Assembly (NCBI RefSeq): GCF_018350175.1
Contig: NC_058368.1
Span: forward strand, 215,886,001 to 215,950,000
From: Felis catus
Taxonomy: Eukaryota
Direction: 5' to 3'
Length of the DNA: 64,000 bases
Shown: piece by piece, positions 1 to 13,151 of the stretch
Layout of the letters: each line of letters begins with the position of its first letter
Position numbering within the stretch: position 1 is the stretch's first letter
Position numbers and translations under genes: made by a program
The notes under the pieces: generated by a model
The model's input: only the letters and a program-made list of their open reading frames with translations
What the model was told of the DNA's origin: nothing
Databases searched by the model: none

Positions 1-367
1 AAGTAATGATTATGTTTACATTTTATATTTAAATATTCAAAATGTTTTACCTATATAGCTAGGAGATTTTATTCATTCCTTATTCTTAATATCCTAAGGT
101 TATATTTTTTTTCACATTGAAAAAATTAACATTGATTTTAAATTCATCCCTAGTGCTAAATATTGGAATTTATGGGGGTTAATGGATCTGTTCTTTTACT
201 TGCTAAATAAAATGTGTCCCCTTAGATGACGGTTACCATTTCTTAATTAAGAATCCACTAAAGTGCCATCCAAATGTACATAATTTATTCCCTTTATATT
301 ATTGGACTGGGAATTTTGCCAATGAATAAAACATCTTATTCTCAGGCAACATGGAAACTAATATTTT

Positions 368-593
368 TTTTAAATTTTTTTTTTCAACGTTTATTTATTT
401 ATTTTTTGGGGACAGAGAGAGACAGAGCATGAACAGGGGAGGGGCAGAGAGAGAGGGAGACACAGAATCGGAAACAGGCTCCAGGCTCTGAGCCATCAGC
501 CCAGAGCCTGATGCGGGGCTCGAACTCATGGACCGCGAGATCGTGACCTGGCTGAAGTCGGACACTTAACCGACTGCGCCACCCAGGCGCCCC
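368..593 (-). mobile_element. Young felid CanSINE (SINEC_Fc type)
   Basis: Reverse complement of GGGGCGCCTGGGTGGCGCAGTCGG head, (CT)n body and A tail; TSD ggaaactaatatttt at 353-367 and 594-608. Confidence 0.95.
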
Positions 594-779
594 GGAAACT
601 AATATTTTAAAGCTTGGTGAGAAATATCATTCCTTTAACTTGTTTTAATAATACATCTATGTATAATGAAGAACAAATCAGTGGACAGCCTAATCTGACT
701 TTCAGTAAGGGCACTAGCTAAAATCTAAAATGATTGTTTCTAAATGAAGGTATAGAACTTTTAGTGATAGAAGACAAAT

Positions 780-842
780 ATGTCTATACATAAATATATG
801 TGTATATGTACATGTATATGTGTATGTATATGTATATGTATC
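780..842. repeat. Degenerate (TA/TG)n low-complexity tract
   Basis: tatatgtgtatatgtacatgtatatgtgtatgtatatg. Confidence 0.7.
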
Positions 843-1338
843 ATTGTTACTGCTGTTCCTATTCTTGCTCCTAGCCATAGTTGTCATAACAGAAAGTAAA
901 GATATTAAGTTTATTTATCTGGTTGACAAAAGATGTCAGGAGCTTCTTAAGGGCCTTTGAATGAGACACTAACAACCAAATGGAAATACTCTATAGAGGT
1001 TAACATAACAAACAAACAAACAAAAAAGGTTTAACAGCTTTTATTTTCATTTCTTTGCTTTGTAAAAGTTTCCTTTGAAAAGAGCTATGAATTTTCTAGA
1101 ATGTCCCTTGTTATAAGAAACAACTCTGAAATTTCCAGTAAATATGATTGCTAGAGCTACTTAGTGGATGTCCACGGAAATGATGCCTGTGCCTTAACTT
1201 TGCCTATTTTCTGAGTTATAGTTAGTCTCTAGATCTTTTTAAGTCACTCCCAAAAACTATTTTCAAATGTGTCATTGGACTAATTTCATTAATATTTCAA
1301 GTAGTCAGTAATGGCAATTCAAAAAGTATATGACATGT

Positions 1339-1753
1339 GGGGTGCCTGGGTTGCTCAGTCGGTTGTCCTATTCTCTCTTTTTTTTTTAATTTTATTTATT
1401 TTGAGAGGAAGACAGTGTGACCAGGGAGGGGCAGAGAGAGAGGGAGAGAAATAATCTCAAGCAGGCTCCACGCTGTGAGCACAGAGCCTGAGGCCAGGCT
1501 CCATCTCACAAACTATGAGATCATGATCTGAGGAAAAATCTAGAGACAAACACTTAACTGATTGAGTCACCCAGGTGCCCCTAAAGTCCTACTCTTGATT
1601 TCAGCACAGGTCATGATCCCAGGGTTGTGGGATCCACACTGTCAGGCTCCATGCTGAGTGTGGAGCCTGCTTAAGATTCTCTCTCTATCTCTTTCTCCCT
1701 GCCTCTCTCCCTCTGCCCCTCCCCCCACTTGTGCTCTCTAAAATAAAATATAT
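1339..1753 (+). mobile_element. Older CanSINE interrupted by an antisense SINE
   Basis: Head ggggtgcctgggttgctcagtcggtt at 1339, resumes at 1582; TSD gtatatga(c/t)atgt at 1326-1338 and 1754-1766. Confidence 0.9.
1378..1581 (-). mobile_element. CanSINE nested inside the 1339-1753 SINE
   Basis: T tail at 1378, head ends ccaggtgcccc at 1581; degenerate TSD gtcctattctc / gtcctactctt. Confidence 0.9.
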
Positions 1754-2871
1754 GTATATGATATGTAATTTTTATATTAAAATCACATATAATTTATTGC
1801 TTTTATTTACGATATATTATATAATTTGAGGGTTTAATTTATTCCTAAAAATCCTTTATTTGGTGGAAAATTTAAGAGTTCATTACAGTAAATTTGGTGT
1901 GTGTCTTTTCTTGCCACATGTCTAGGAAATAATGGTGACTTAAATATACAAGTGGCAACAAATACACTAGAGATTTATAGAATATACAAATTAAGACAAT
2001 AGCATATTGAAAGCAACTGAAGATGTTCCATTGGCAATTTTTATTCATATTATAATTTAGATAGAGTTTTTCCTTGGAAAAGTAATTTTTAATTCAGGAC
2101 CAGTTCAAGGCCAACATAAAGATATGGGTATCTTTTCTTTAAATCATCACCTTGAATAACTTGGTCACCTTGTCTTAATTAACCACCTAGCAAGGAGTGA
2201 CTTGATTATAACTCTAGCACCTGTGACATGACTGAATATTTATTTGATCCTGCTTTTCACAAATAATTTGCAAGTGACTTTTGCATAAATAAATTTAACT
2301 TCTTACCAGAAGTTACTTACAACTGTGACCAGAAGTCACTTACAACTGTTCTCCATTGTTTTGTTGCCGAGTGATCACAAAAAATGGTGGGATAAAATTT
2401 TCAATGTTTTTGTTTCTAAAATAGATATATTCTTTGAATCTATGAGGTCAAATGTCTGAAGAATGTTGCCTAAGGATTATTAGATGTCGGAGAATATTAT
2501 GAGAATTATTTCATCTTGTCTCAGTTTTGCACTTGCTGACTCCAACAAATTTTTAAACATCATATTGAATTTATTCATGTTGAATTATTAATACAGGGAC
2601 TGAAAAAGTAGTGGTACAAATACAACAGTACAAGTGGTGAGACTTTTCTCCTGTTTGCAGTTGGCAATGAAAGTGACCATTGTTCTGAATCCTAGCAAGA
2701 GCTGTCCTATTTTAACTGTTGCTTAGAAACCCAATTCATAGCAGTAACATCTATTTTATCCCCTTTTATAATGATTCTATAGTTCTAGGTGTATGTGCAT
2801 ACAAAGAAAGACTAGGGAATATAACACAGAAATGTGATTTCTTTGCAGCAAAATGACTAAAGATTACCTTA

Positions 2872-3087
2872 GGGACGGCTGGGTGGCTCAGTCAGGTGAG
2901 CGACTGACTTCGGCTCAGGTCATGATCTCACGGTTTGTGAGTTCGAACCTCGCATCAGGCTCTGTGCTGACAGCTCAGAGCCTGGACCCTGCTTCGGATT
3001 CTGGGTCTCTCTCTCTGCCCCTTCCCCGCTTATGCTCTGTCTCTCTCTGTCTCAGAAATAAATAAACATAAAAAAAGTTAAAAAAAA
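2872..3087 (+). mobile_element. CanSINE (SINEC_Fc2-like)
   Basis: Typical head, body and tail; TSD aaagattacctta at 2859-2871 and 3088-3100. Confidence 0.95.
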
Positions 3088-3999
3088 AAAGATTACCTTA
3101 AATTGAAGGTTATATTAGCGTTCCAACATTCTTGAAATAGCATTTGTTGTCTATACACTAATGAGATATTAAAAAAAAGACTAATATTGATTTTTTTGTT
3201 AAAATTTGTTCATTCCCATCTTAAAGTTCATGTATCAAATTATTTTTATAAAATTGGGATGCAGAAACATGTTTAAGAAACAGGTTAAATTACACCAGAC
3301 CTATTGGATACAAAAGTAGTGGAAATTTATAGCAGAGGAAATGTTATGTTTTACATAATGGCAATTTTTTAAAAACAAATTGCCTGTCATTTTAGTTTTT
3401 TTTTCTAAAATGATCCTTCTAAGAACACCAAATCTTTTTTTTTTTAATTAAAAATACCCTGTACTTGTCTTTAAGCATTAGGAGGGAAGGCTTGTTAGCA
3501 ATCCTAATGTCTCCATCCATGAAGAGGGGTATCCATCACTGTAACAGTTCTGGACTCTTATGTATTTCCTCACTCCTTCCTCCTCTGCGCAGAAGGATTT
3601 ACTGCTCTTATGAGAGCATTTGGGAGAGAAAGCGGGGAGTCTGTTCCTCCGTCGTGTCTATCTGGAGTTAGGCTACCCCCACAGCATGCATTCTTGTTGG
3701 TTACTCCATGCTGTAACTTTTACAAAGATGGGCTCTGCCCAGAAAGATGTGAAGGTCCAGCACAGACTCTGACCAAGAGGATGTCTATCATCTTCGAGGG
3801 TGTGGAATCAAAGCTCTATTGTCAATCACTCAAGCCATATTTTCCTCTATCAGCCATATCAGTGATATGGCCATTTCTCCATCTACATTTGTTTTTTTCT
3901 TTATTTGATTCAGAACTTGCATGGGGAAAGGCAACTTGAAATTCTTTATAACCCTAGTATTTCTCTTAACACTAAAACATTAAACTACTAGTACTTAAT

Positions 4000-4500
4000 T
4001 GTTTGTAAATGAATTCCAACTCGCTTTGGCAGAAAAAAAAGTGGAATTCAGTAGCTTTTGTAAAGGATCAGTAGACAGATGAAAACTTATATAGCCTCAG
4101 AAATCATTAGAATTGTAGAGTTCCATCAGCTCTTCTCTCTGAAGTCTCTCTGTTCTCCTCCCTGATTTCCTTGTGTTTTTATTTTGTTCTCTCAGGCCAC
4201 TTCTCTCCACGAAGCTGAGATTATGTTTGCAGGCAGATATGTGTTTCTATTTTTAAGAGTGTCATAAATATGGAGGGAAAAATGGGCTCTTCTTTTTCTG
4301 TTATTTGAAGAAAACAAAACCAAAAACAAATATAGAAGCAAAACTATCTGAAAAAGCCTTCTCATTGGTCAGGCCTAAGATTATATATGTATTCCTTGAA
4401 CAATTACTGTTAGCGGGACAGTAAATAGAATTGATTTGGTCTGAGTCAATGTAACAGAACTCTGTAACTAAGGATTTAGTCTGTTACCAGAGCAGGGTAT
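4000..4500. mobile_element. Degenerate MaLR LTR (MLT1J/K-like)
   Basis: ctcattggtcaggcc...ccttgaacaattactgt...tgatttggtctgagtca resembles the MLT1J/K pattern. Confidence 0.45.
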
Positions 4501-6845
4501 AAAGTAGCATAGATGTAGTTCATGATAATTAATATCCAAGAAAACAGAATCAAAACATGTTGAGTTGCTTCTAAAGAAAGTATACATGTTAGGGACTATG
4601 TGGAATATAGAAATGGGTGAGATACATCTCCTAACACTTAAGAGTATATACAGGAATATTAGGTTATATATAATATATAATATTAGGACATATAATAAGT
4701 GTCTTTTCTTTTCTCTGTCACAAGGTTAACGTAACATTTGAGGAAGTGATATATGCAGATGATGGAAACTAGATAAATAAACAGCATAAGTCATAATAAA
4801 TAATAGCTATCAAGGTACTCAGATTTCAGATTTTTCAGGGTAGCGCTAGTAAGTTGTTGGACAGATCTGTTTCCTTGGGCAGCTTTCCATGTAAGAAAGT
4901 GTATGAGTTTCTTTATGTGCAAATGAGCATGATAATTTTTTCTGTCTTAGCGATCTGTGACTTTGTAATAATCACAAGGCTTCAGTAAATTAAAAATAAT
5001 AGATCTTTTATATTTAATATTCTCGAGGAAGCAGGGCATTAGACTATTCTTCCTTTGGGAGTTGGGGTATGGGGCATTATAACCCTTGGATCCAGGAGAA
5101 TTTGTAGGTTTACTTGGATCAAGAATAGCAATGAAAAGTTCTGGTTATAATGATAATACTTGGCACAATTCACTTTCATATTGAGATGACTAAAGAACAT
5201 ATTGGATGTTAATTTTTTTTTATTTTGAAACATTTAAAGAAGCTTTTGAGGTTATTAAAGGAAAAATATTCAGAGTCTAGATGAGTCTCATTTAAAATAA
5301 ATATGATTTAAGCAAAATCTAAGATCTGGTTTCATCTTGTAATATGAAAAAGCACTTAATAAATTAGACTTTTTAACCAGAATTACAAGAAGGATGTTTA
5401 ACTTACTTAAAAGGAAAAGTTGCATTTAGAAACACCAAATTATATGCAAGTGGTTTGTTAATGTATGTAATTTACCCATTTTTAAACTTCTATTTGGCAA
5501 GAAATCATTAAATAGTTCATGGAAATATACACTTTTAAATTAAACAGCAGAAACTGTTAATATGATACATAAATGAAATGTCTTTTATGTATTTAGATAA
5601 AGTTTTCCAGTTAGGCTGAATTAGTAGACGTTGGCTGTTAATGTATGATTATAATTTGCCTTAAAACATTTAACAGATTATAAAATGTGGAAGATGCTCT
5701 TTTTTCTCTATTTTGAGACTAGATTTGGAAAAAGTGTAAACACTCTCCCCAATGGCCACATCATGTATTTAGAGTTAAATGTCCCTAGGACTGATTACAG
5801 AGATTCTGGTTTTGCCTGACAAAGAACGCAAAGATCTCTGAGAAGCATTGAAAGAAGAGAGGTGAAAAGACAATCTCGAAAAAATGTTGGACGGAGAACG
5901 AGTTTTCCGGATAGATTTTTGTGTTAGCTTTTATATTAAAACACTGTAATTTTTCAAATTATGCCTATCTATATCACCACTTTACATCTGTTAATACCGA
6001 TGCATGGCAAAATTCAATGATTTTTTCCCCAACTGAATGGTAAAGTTATGATATAAAACGAGGCTAACTCGTCCCCAATTGTATGTTATTTCTATTTTGG
6101 GATACTGTTAGGTCTAGTTATGCATTGCAGAAGAAGAGCCCACTGGCCAGCCAGTCCAGTCATTTCAGAAACCAAATAGAAACATAAGAATATGAACAGT
6201 CGATAGGTAAGTACTTGGGCTGTAATTCTGAAGGGAAAGCGGGATGGAGTGGCGTGAGAGCTGAGATTTAAAATTCAGATTTGGGGAAACATGAAGGACT
6301 GACTGTATTAAATCCATATCATTTCCAATTTATTCTTTTATTTTTAATAAATCAATCAATGCATTCTGGCAATGAATATTTCTCATGTCATTCTACATTA
6401 AACCAATAGATGAATGAATGGTAATCATGTGTAATGGTAAACCAGCAGGGTTATAAATGTCATTCGTTAGGACATTTCTGATCATTATGATGATTTACAT
6501 GCTGTCATTCTTTGCCAAATTTAATTCGTTTGATTTCATAATTAACAACTTATTACACAAACTCACATTTCATATTTAGTACAAAATCTTCAATTTTAAG
6601 AACATATTATTACAACTCCCAAACTTCAAACTTCAAAATTTATGGGTCATTGAGAACACTCTGTGGTATTTCATTCTGCTCAGGAACTTTTGAAGGGGCT
6701 AACAAGAAGAAAAAATACATTAATGACTTAATTGGTTTGGAGAAGCCTAGAAAGGATTGTGGATAATCTATGTGATTATAGAATAAATTTAGGAAAATCC
6801 AAGAGTAGCTCAGAAAGGTGCTGAGCATTCAAAATGTAAAATATA

Positions 6846-7056
6846 GGGGCGCCTGGGTGGCACAGTCGGTTAAGCGTCTGACTTCAGCCAGGTCACGATC
6901 TCACGGTCTGTGAGTTCGAGCCCCGCGTCAGGCTCTGGGCTGATGGCTCGGAGCCTGGAGCCTGTTTCCGATTCTGCGTCTCCCTCTCTCTCTGCCCCTC
7001 CCCCATTCATGCTCTGTCTCTCTCTGTCCCAAAAATAAATAAAAACGTTGGAAAAA
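6846..7056 (+). mobile_element. Young felid CanSINE (SINEC_Fc type)
   Basis: Near-consensus and CpG-rich; TSD aaaatgtaaaatata at 6831-6845 and 7057-7071. Confidence 0.95.
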
Positions 7057-7309
7057 AAAATGTAAAATATATTAAAAGTGATGATAGACTATCTATTGCA
7101 AGATTTATTCAGAAGTGATTATTATTTTCATATCTTAAGATATAATTTCATGAGTGGAACTCACCATTTAATTGAATATAATTTCTATGGGGAAAATATG
7201 AAAGGAAATCTATAAACAAATAATAAATTTCATGTTTTAATCGTAATTGATTTTCTAAAGATCCCTAATAGAATCCACATGAATTAAGTGGGTTTAGTTT
7301 TACTTTAGT

Positions 7310-7415
7310 AGTTTGTGAAAGTTTATTTTATTGTATGCCAGGCAAAATTCCAAGACCTGTGGGCACTAAGTCAAATAAGAAACACTCTGCCCTTAAGAGA
7401 CTTGAATCAAGCTGT
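7310..7415 (-). mobile_element. L2 3' end fragment
   Basis: tatgccaggca...ctgcccttaagagacttg matches the L2 3' end in reverse. Confidence 0.5.
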
Positions 7416-9254
7416 TGAAATTGTTTATATATATTAAAAGTATTCTATCAAAACTTTATTTCATTATAAAAGAAAAGACGAAAAGAAGCATATGCTGTCT
7501 CATACATTTTTGCATTCCATCAATTAACCACATGCATGAGGAAATTAGGTGATCATTAAATTCTGAGAAATGGGGAGGGAGAGAGAGAGCAAGAGTAGAG
7601 AGAGGAGGGAGGAAGGGGAAATCTTAGTATTTATGTTGCCATTATTTATGCTAAATATATGTATTATATTTATGCTATCATCAAAACATAAATAAATAGA
7701 TTTTAGAAAGAACATAGATAGTACATTATGTCTGATTAAGCAAGAAGTTAAAACATTTTAATCTTGACCAACATATTTTTATATTATTTTTATATTTAAT
7801 GACACTTTGTTATACAAAAGAATAAGCAAGAAATTGTGTTACACTATACGAAACTGAATATAAAATTTTGTAACACCTTTGTATTTCTGGGTATGAGATT
7901 GATGCAAAATTAATGTTTCATTTTAGATAAAACTTTAAATGCATAGGTTATTCTCTATGTTGCCGATATAAAAAAAATACTGTTTATATCTAGCAGTTTA
8001 ATTTCTTGTAAAGGTTAATCACTATTAATCACTCTAGCTGACAAAATGTAAGGGAGCATCAGGTAAACCCACTGAAGGAAAACGTCAAATTCGTACAGCT
8101 GTATACCTAATGGCAATCCATGTATATTTGAAGATTCATTTTCTCATTTCTGATATGCATATGGTTATAGATTGCTTTTCATATAAATCTGTGAACATTT
8201 TGTGGCATGTGAACATTTGCCCATCTGGAGAATTGTTCATAAAACTCATTTTCTATGATTTAATGAAACTAGAAATTCTCCAGCAAGAACAGTTTCAGCT
8301 TTGTATTCAAATGTTGGAAGGTGTTACAATCGCTTGTTATGTCCATAATATTTTTCTAATTTTAAAAACGATGAGTTTATGTTTCAAAGATAATAAACAC
8401 GGTACAATAAAGTTTGATCATCAATTCATGGCAACATAAATTAAAGAAATATATACTTTAATATTATTCAAACTTCTACCCCAATATATCTCTCCTTCTC
8501 CTCAAACTCCACCTCTCATGAAGGGTACTAGTTCAGAAAAGCTGAATGTCTTAGAAAAAATGATTATGTAGTTTAGTGGAAGCTGTTGCTGGCACGGAAT
8601 AAAATGAAGCATAGATTATATGATTCAAATGTACCAAAACAAATGATATTTTTGGAATTAAATTAGAATTTTATTGCCTTCTCTGATCATTTTGGAAACC
8701 ATTCTGTAATAAAAGATTATTACCATCCATGCATGCATGTGCTGTCTAATCTCTCCAAATGCAGACATCAGATTGGAAATTGTCCACCAGCACCCATTCA
8801 GAAAAATAAAATAAAAAATTCCTGGAAAATATTAACAAGTTAAGAAAACAAATATTTTTATCTTTATAAAAATAAGCTAATTGTTTATTCCAGTCATTCT
8901 TGTGTCTTTGAGACAAAGAGATGGATATGGTCTGTGATTCTCCCCCCCAACTTAACAGTATTTCCTATAACTATGTGGTCTAGAAACTTATTTCCTTGGC
9001 AAAAATCTGTGAAGGTTGGACAAACTACTAATATGTGATTGCATTGTAATTCTCTATTTCTTTACAGGTTGTTTTAATTTAATTAAATAAACACCTATAA
9101 ACAGAAAACCTGAACTTAAATACATCTAGTTTTACAAATAAGGAGTACTTGGTGAAAACAACCAATACTTCCTAATTAAGGTAGCTAATATGGAAGAAAA
9201 TAAAATGGAAAAGTTGTTTAAAGTCTATCTTGACACTAGAATTCTCTCCCTTTT

Positions 9255-9374
9255 GGGGTGCCTGGGTGGCTCAGTCAGTTGAGAATTGGACTCTTGATCT
9301 CAGCTCAGGTCTTGATCTCAGGCTCATGAATTCAAATCCAATGTTCAGTTACATGCTGGCCATGAAGCCTACTT
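9255..9374 (+). mobile_element. Short old carnivore tRNA-derived SINE (no CT tract)
   Basis: ggggtgcctgggtggctcag...gaagcctactta; degenerate TSD agaattctctcccttt / agaatgttcttcccttt. Confidence 0.85.
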
Positions 9375-9528
9375 AGAATGTTCTTCCCTTTGATTTATAT
9401 GTTTTTTTTTTCCTTATCAAGTACTTCACAAAGGTCATCTCAGTTATATTAAATGATATACATATTGTATTGATTATCATGCTCACTTACTTGTTAATTA
9501 TAAACATAATATTAAAATGGGACTATGA

Positions 9529-9680
9529 CTGTGCTTTCAAATATGGTGACTGTTAGCCACAGGTGGCTAAAGAGAATTTGAAGTGTGGCTAGTCTGAATT
9601 GAGATGTGCTATTAAGTATAATGTACAAACCAGATTCTGAACTTTAGCATGGAAAAAAAAAAAGTAGTGTATCCCATGAT
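9529..9680 (+). mobile_element. MER33-like hAT-Charlie DNA transposon fragment
   Basis: tagccacaggtggct...gtggctagtctgaattgagatgtgct matches the recalled MER33 consensus. Confidence 0.75.
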
Positions 9681-10302
9681 TTTTAAAGGAAAACTTTATC
9701 TTCTTGTAAATCATTATTTTCATGAATCAAAATAACCACAGGTTTTTGTTTGTTTGTTTGTTTTCCTAGCCAGTGCTTGTGTATACCTTGATGTGTATTC
9801 TGGAAATGATAGTCTATTTTGCTTGTTTGAAGATGAGCTAAGATTACAGTAAAGAAAGGAAAAGAGTAAGTTAAAGTGTGTATATGTGTATTTGTGTGTT
9901 TATTTTCCAGACGTGCCTACTTTTGTTGGCGTAAAAAACATTCAGGAAGAGATCTGGGGTTTTACTGAAACTTGTGGCACAATATTTGAGTTGGAACAGA
10001 ATGAGAGAGATATAAATAAACTTTACCTTTTGGAAATGACAGATCTGTTTATCACAGTCCAATATATTCAGAGGAAATAATAAGAAATAAGAGAAAAAGT
10101 GGAGCTCAATTAGAAAAATAAAATATTTGAAGGCATGTTAAAACTACCAAGTGAACCAGGGCTTATGGGTTCACAAAATCCCACAAAGAAGAAAAGTTCA
10201 GTGAAGTTAGTGAAACTCATGCGACAATGCTCGGTGTCTTGAGGTATTACACAGGTTATAAGTGACTCATGGGGAAAGGCTAAGAAATGGAGACTACAAA
10301 AC

Positions 10303-10529
10303 GGGGCATCTGGGTGGCTCAGTCAGTTAAGCTTTGGACTTCGGCTCAAGTCATGATACCATGGATGTGAGTTGAGCCCCTCATTGGGCTCTCTGCTGTC
10401 AGCACAGAGCCTGCTTCAGATTCTCTGTCCCCCTCTCTCTCTGCCCTTCCCCTGCTCCCTCTCTCTCTCTCTCTCAAAAATAAATAACCATAAAAAAAAA
10501 ACTAAAAAAAAAATCTTAAAAAAAAAAAA
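10303..10529 (+). mobile_element. CanSINE with 21-bp TSD
   Basis: Perfect TSD aagaaatggagactacaaaac at 10282-10302 and 10530-10550. Confidence 0.95.
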
Positions 10530-10975
10530 AAGAAATGGAGACTACAAAACTAAGAAGTAAAAGTCAAACCAAAGTTTGGTTTTCATGGGCTCAGGGAGTT
10601 GAGGAAACTAAAATGAAGTACATGGACTGACAAAAAGAAAGGGTAAAATCTCTGGATTTCAATCATAAACGGCTATGTTGTAGAAATCATCAATAGGCCA
10701 TTCCTTAATAATGACTAGCTTAATCCTAGTCTTGACTATTCCCACACCTGACACTAAACTAACAGCCAAACAGAAAAAGTTGGAAGCCTCACTTCGAGAA
10801 AAGAAATGTTATTGAGAAACTGACATTGTTGTATAAACAGTAACTAGCATTCAAACAAATGTCAAGTGAATAATCATATAAACAATAAGCATGCCAAAAG
10901 ACAAGACCAAATACCTGAAAACCAACAGAAAAAACTCACAATTTTGATATCACAGTTAGACAGTATAGACTTTTT

Positions 10976-11184
10976 TTTTTTAACGTTTATTTATTTTTGA
11001 GACAGAGAGAGACAGAGCATGAACAGGGGAGGGGCAGAGAGAGAGGGAGACACAGAATCTGAAATAGGCTGCAGGCTCTGAGCGGTCAGCACAGGGCCCG
11101 ACGCGGGGCTCGAACTCACGGGCCGTGAGATCATGACCTGAGCCGAAGTCGGACGCTTAACCAACCAAGCCAACCAGGCGCCCC
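10976..11184 (-). mobile_element. CanSINE (SINEC_Fc2-like)
   Basis: TSD cagtatagacttttt at 10961-10975 and 11184-11198. Confidence 0.95.
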
Positions 11185-11433
11185 AGTATAGACTTTTTAA
11201 AACCATGATTAACATGTATGATATAACTATATAATATATCTGGTATGATTTTGCACCATGATTAATGCTATAAGCTGTTTTCTTAGAAAGACTGACAAAA
11301 TCCCTTGTTGAGAACATTTATCTAACAAGAATGATATTTTAAATGATAGTTCATATGACTTAGAAAAATACTCAAAACAAATAAAAACTACCCTTACAGA
11401 CACAGGTTATTAATTTAAAAACAGATTATGATT

Positions 11434-11655
11434 GGGGCGCCTGGGTGGCTCAGTACGTTCAGCATCTGACTTTGGCTCAGGTCATGATCTCGCAGTTTAT
11501 GAGTTCGAGCCGCACATTGGGCTCTGTGCTGACAGCTCAGAGCCTGAAGCCTGCTTGGAATTCTGTGTCTCCCTCTCTCTCTGCCCCTCCCCTGCTCATA
11601 CGCTGTCTCTCTCTGTCTCTCAAAAATAAATGAAAGTTAAAAAATATTAAAAAAT
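11434..11655 (+). mobile_element. CanSINE (SINEC_Fc2-like)
   Basis: ggggcgcctgggtggctcag head, CT tract and A tail; TSD weak. Confidence 0.93.
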
Positions 11656-13151
11656 GGATTGACTAATATACACTATAATAGAATTATTGTCATGATGTTA
11701 TTCAGCGGTTGAAAAAGAATTGTATGTTTGAAATATGAAGCAAAAAGTGAAATAGATTTTAATAAAAATATCATATTTGCAGAATGTACTTAGAATATCT
11801 GTTCTATAATAAAACACACTAAGTCATTTTGCTCATCTCTAACATAATTAACTTGTATTTAGAATTTTCCATTTCTCTAATAACTTTTGCCCTCTCCCTT
11901 GAAAAATAAAATGACTAGAGTTATAAATCTATTTCTGTGTTTTCACATATTGCTCTACAAGTTGAAGTAGGTATTGAATGTAAAATGACAATAGTTAAAT
12001 ATGATTCATGTTATATTGATAAGGAATTTAATTGCATTAAGACATTTATATAATTTTATTTCCCAATGAGATAATACACAACAGTTATTGTTGTATGCTA
12101 ATAAAGACACAAAATCAATGCATATTAAAATATAATATGTAACAGATAATATATTTTGATAAGTGAATTATGAAATGTGTAGAATTTTATTGCAAAAGCA
12201 ACATGTTGTTTTGATTATATCTATTCTTGCTGAATTCAGTGGTTTAGAATACCACAGCAGTGATGTTTTTTGGGCACACATCTGCTTAGAGCTACTGTCC
12301 TATGCTCTACCACTGTCACTGCCAAACTACTGGAGTTATTTTCATATAAGGCCACTATATTGTTACATCCCAGTCAATCTTTAACCCAACCGGGCATTTG
12401 CATCTTCTACTACCACTCAAACCAAATACTCTTGCAGTCATCACTGATTTTTATTACACCAAAGCCAAGGGAAACTATACATTTCCTTCTACTATACTTT
12501 ACTAGATTTTTTTTTACCAGTGTTTATTTCTTTTCTATAGTAACATCATATTTCCCTATATATTGTATCATCATCTTTTTTTTTCTTTTTAACTCAATCC
12601 TCTCTCTCCTTCTGTTCCTCCTTCTTCTTCCCTTCCCCCATATGCTAAGATATTTATTTTTCCTCAATTCCTTTACCACTTTCTTCCCTTTGAATAAACA
12701 TCTATTTTTGGTGTTACTTGGGACTCAAAAGTGTTCTGAGACTGGGACTCCCTTCTGTTCCTGGTCTTTCTATAGATATCGTAGTGCACTACTGAAAATA
12801 GATTTCAAGTGCTTGATAGTTATTAAGCACTATGTAAGTGCTTATAGAATCCATTTTACAAATAGACAATCTCATTTTTTAACCATGGTTTTAAACACTA
12901 TGGCTATGGAAAAAAAGAATACCAACTTTATTTCAGCCCTTTATCCCAACTTCACATGTCTTATTGTTGCCTCAATATTTCTCTGTTGTCTTACAGGTGT
13001 CCATAGTATACCTTTCCAAAACTGAACTCTTTGTTTTCTTCCCATTCCATGTGTTTTTCCAAAAATCTTGTGTTTTGGTGTTAATTTGTTTGTTTCCCCT
13101 TACAAGTCCTGACATACAATAGGTTTCACTGATGACAAAGATTACATTATT

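Noticed and set aside
2670..2790. Possible MER81/MER94-like DNA transposon
   Set aside because: Similarity too weak to call without an alignment
9770..10080. Acceptor and donor-like sites with a 64-aa ORF
   Set aside because: The first putative exon has stops in all frames, the implied intron is only ~45 nt, and the peptide is unrecognised
12270..13025. 251-aa ORF, the longest in the track
   Set aside because: F/L/I-rich product of T-rich low-complexity and L2-like DNA, non-ATG start, no recognisable domain
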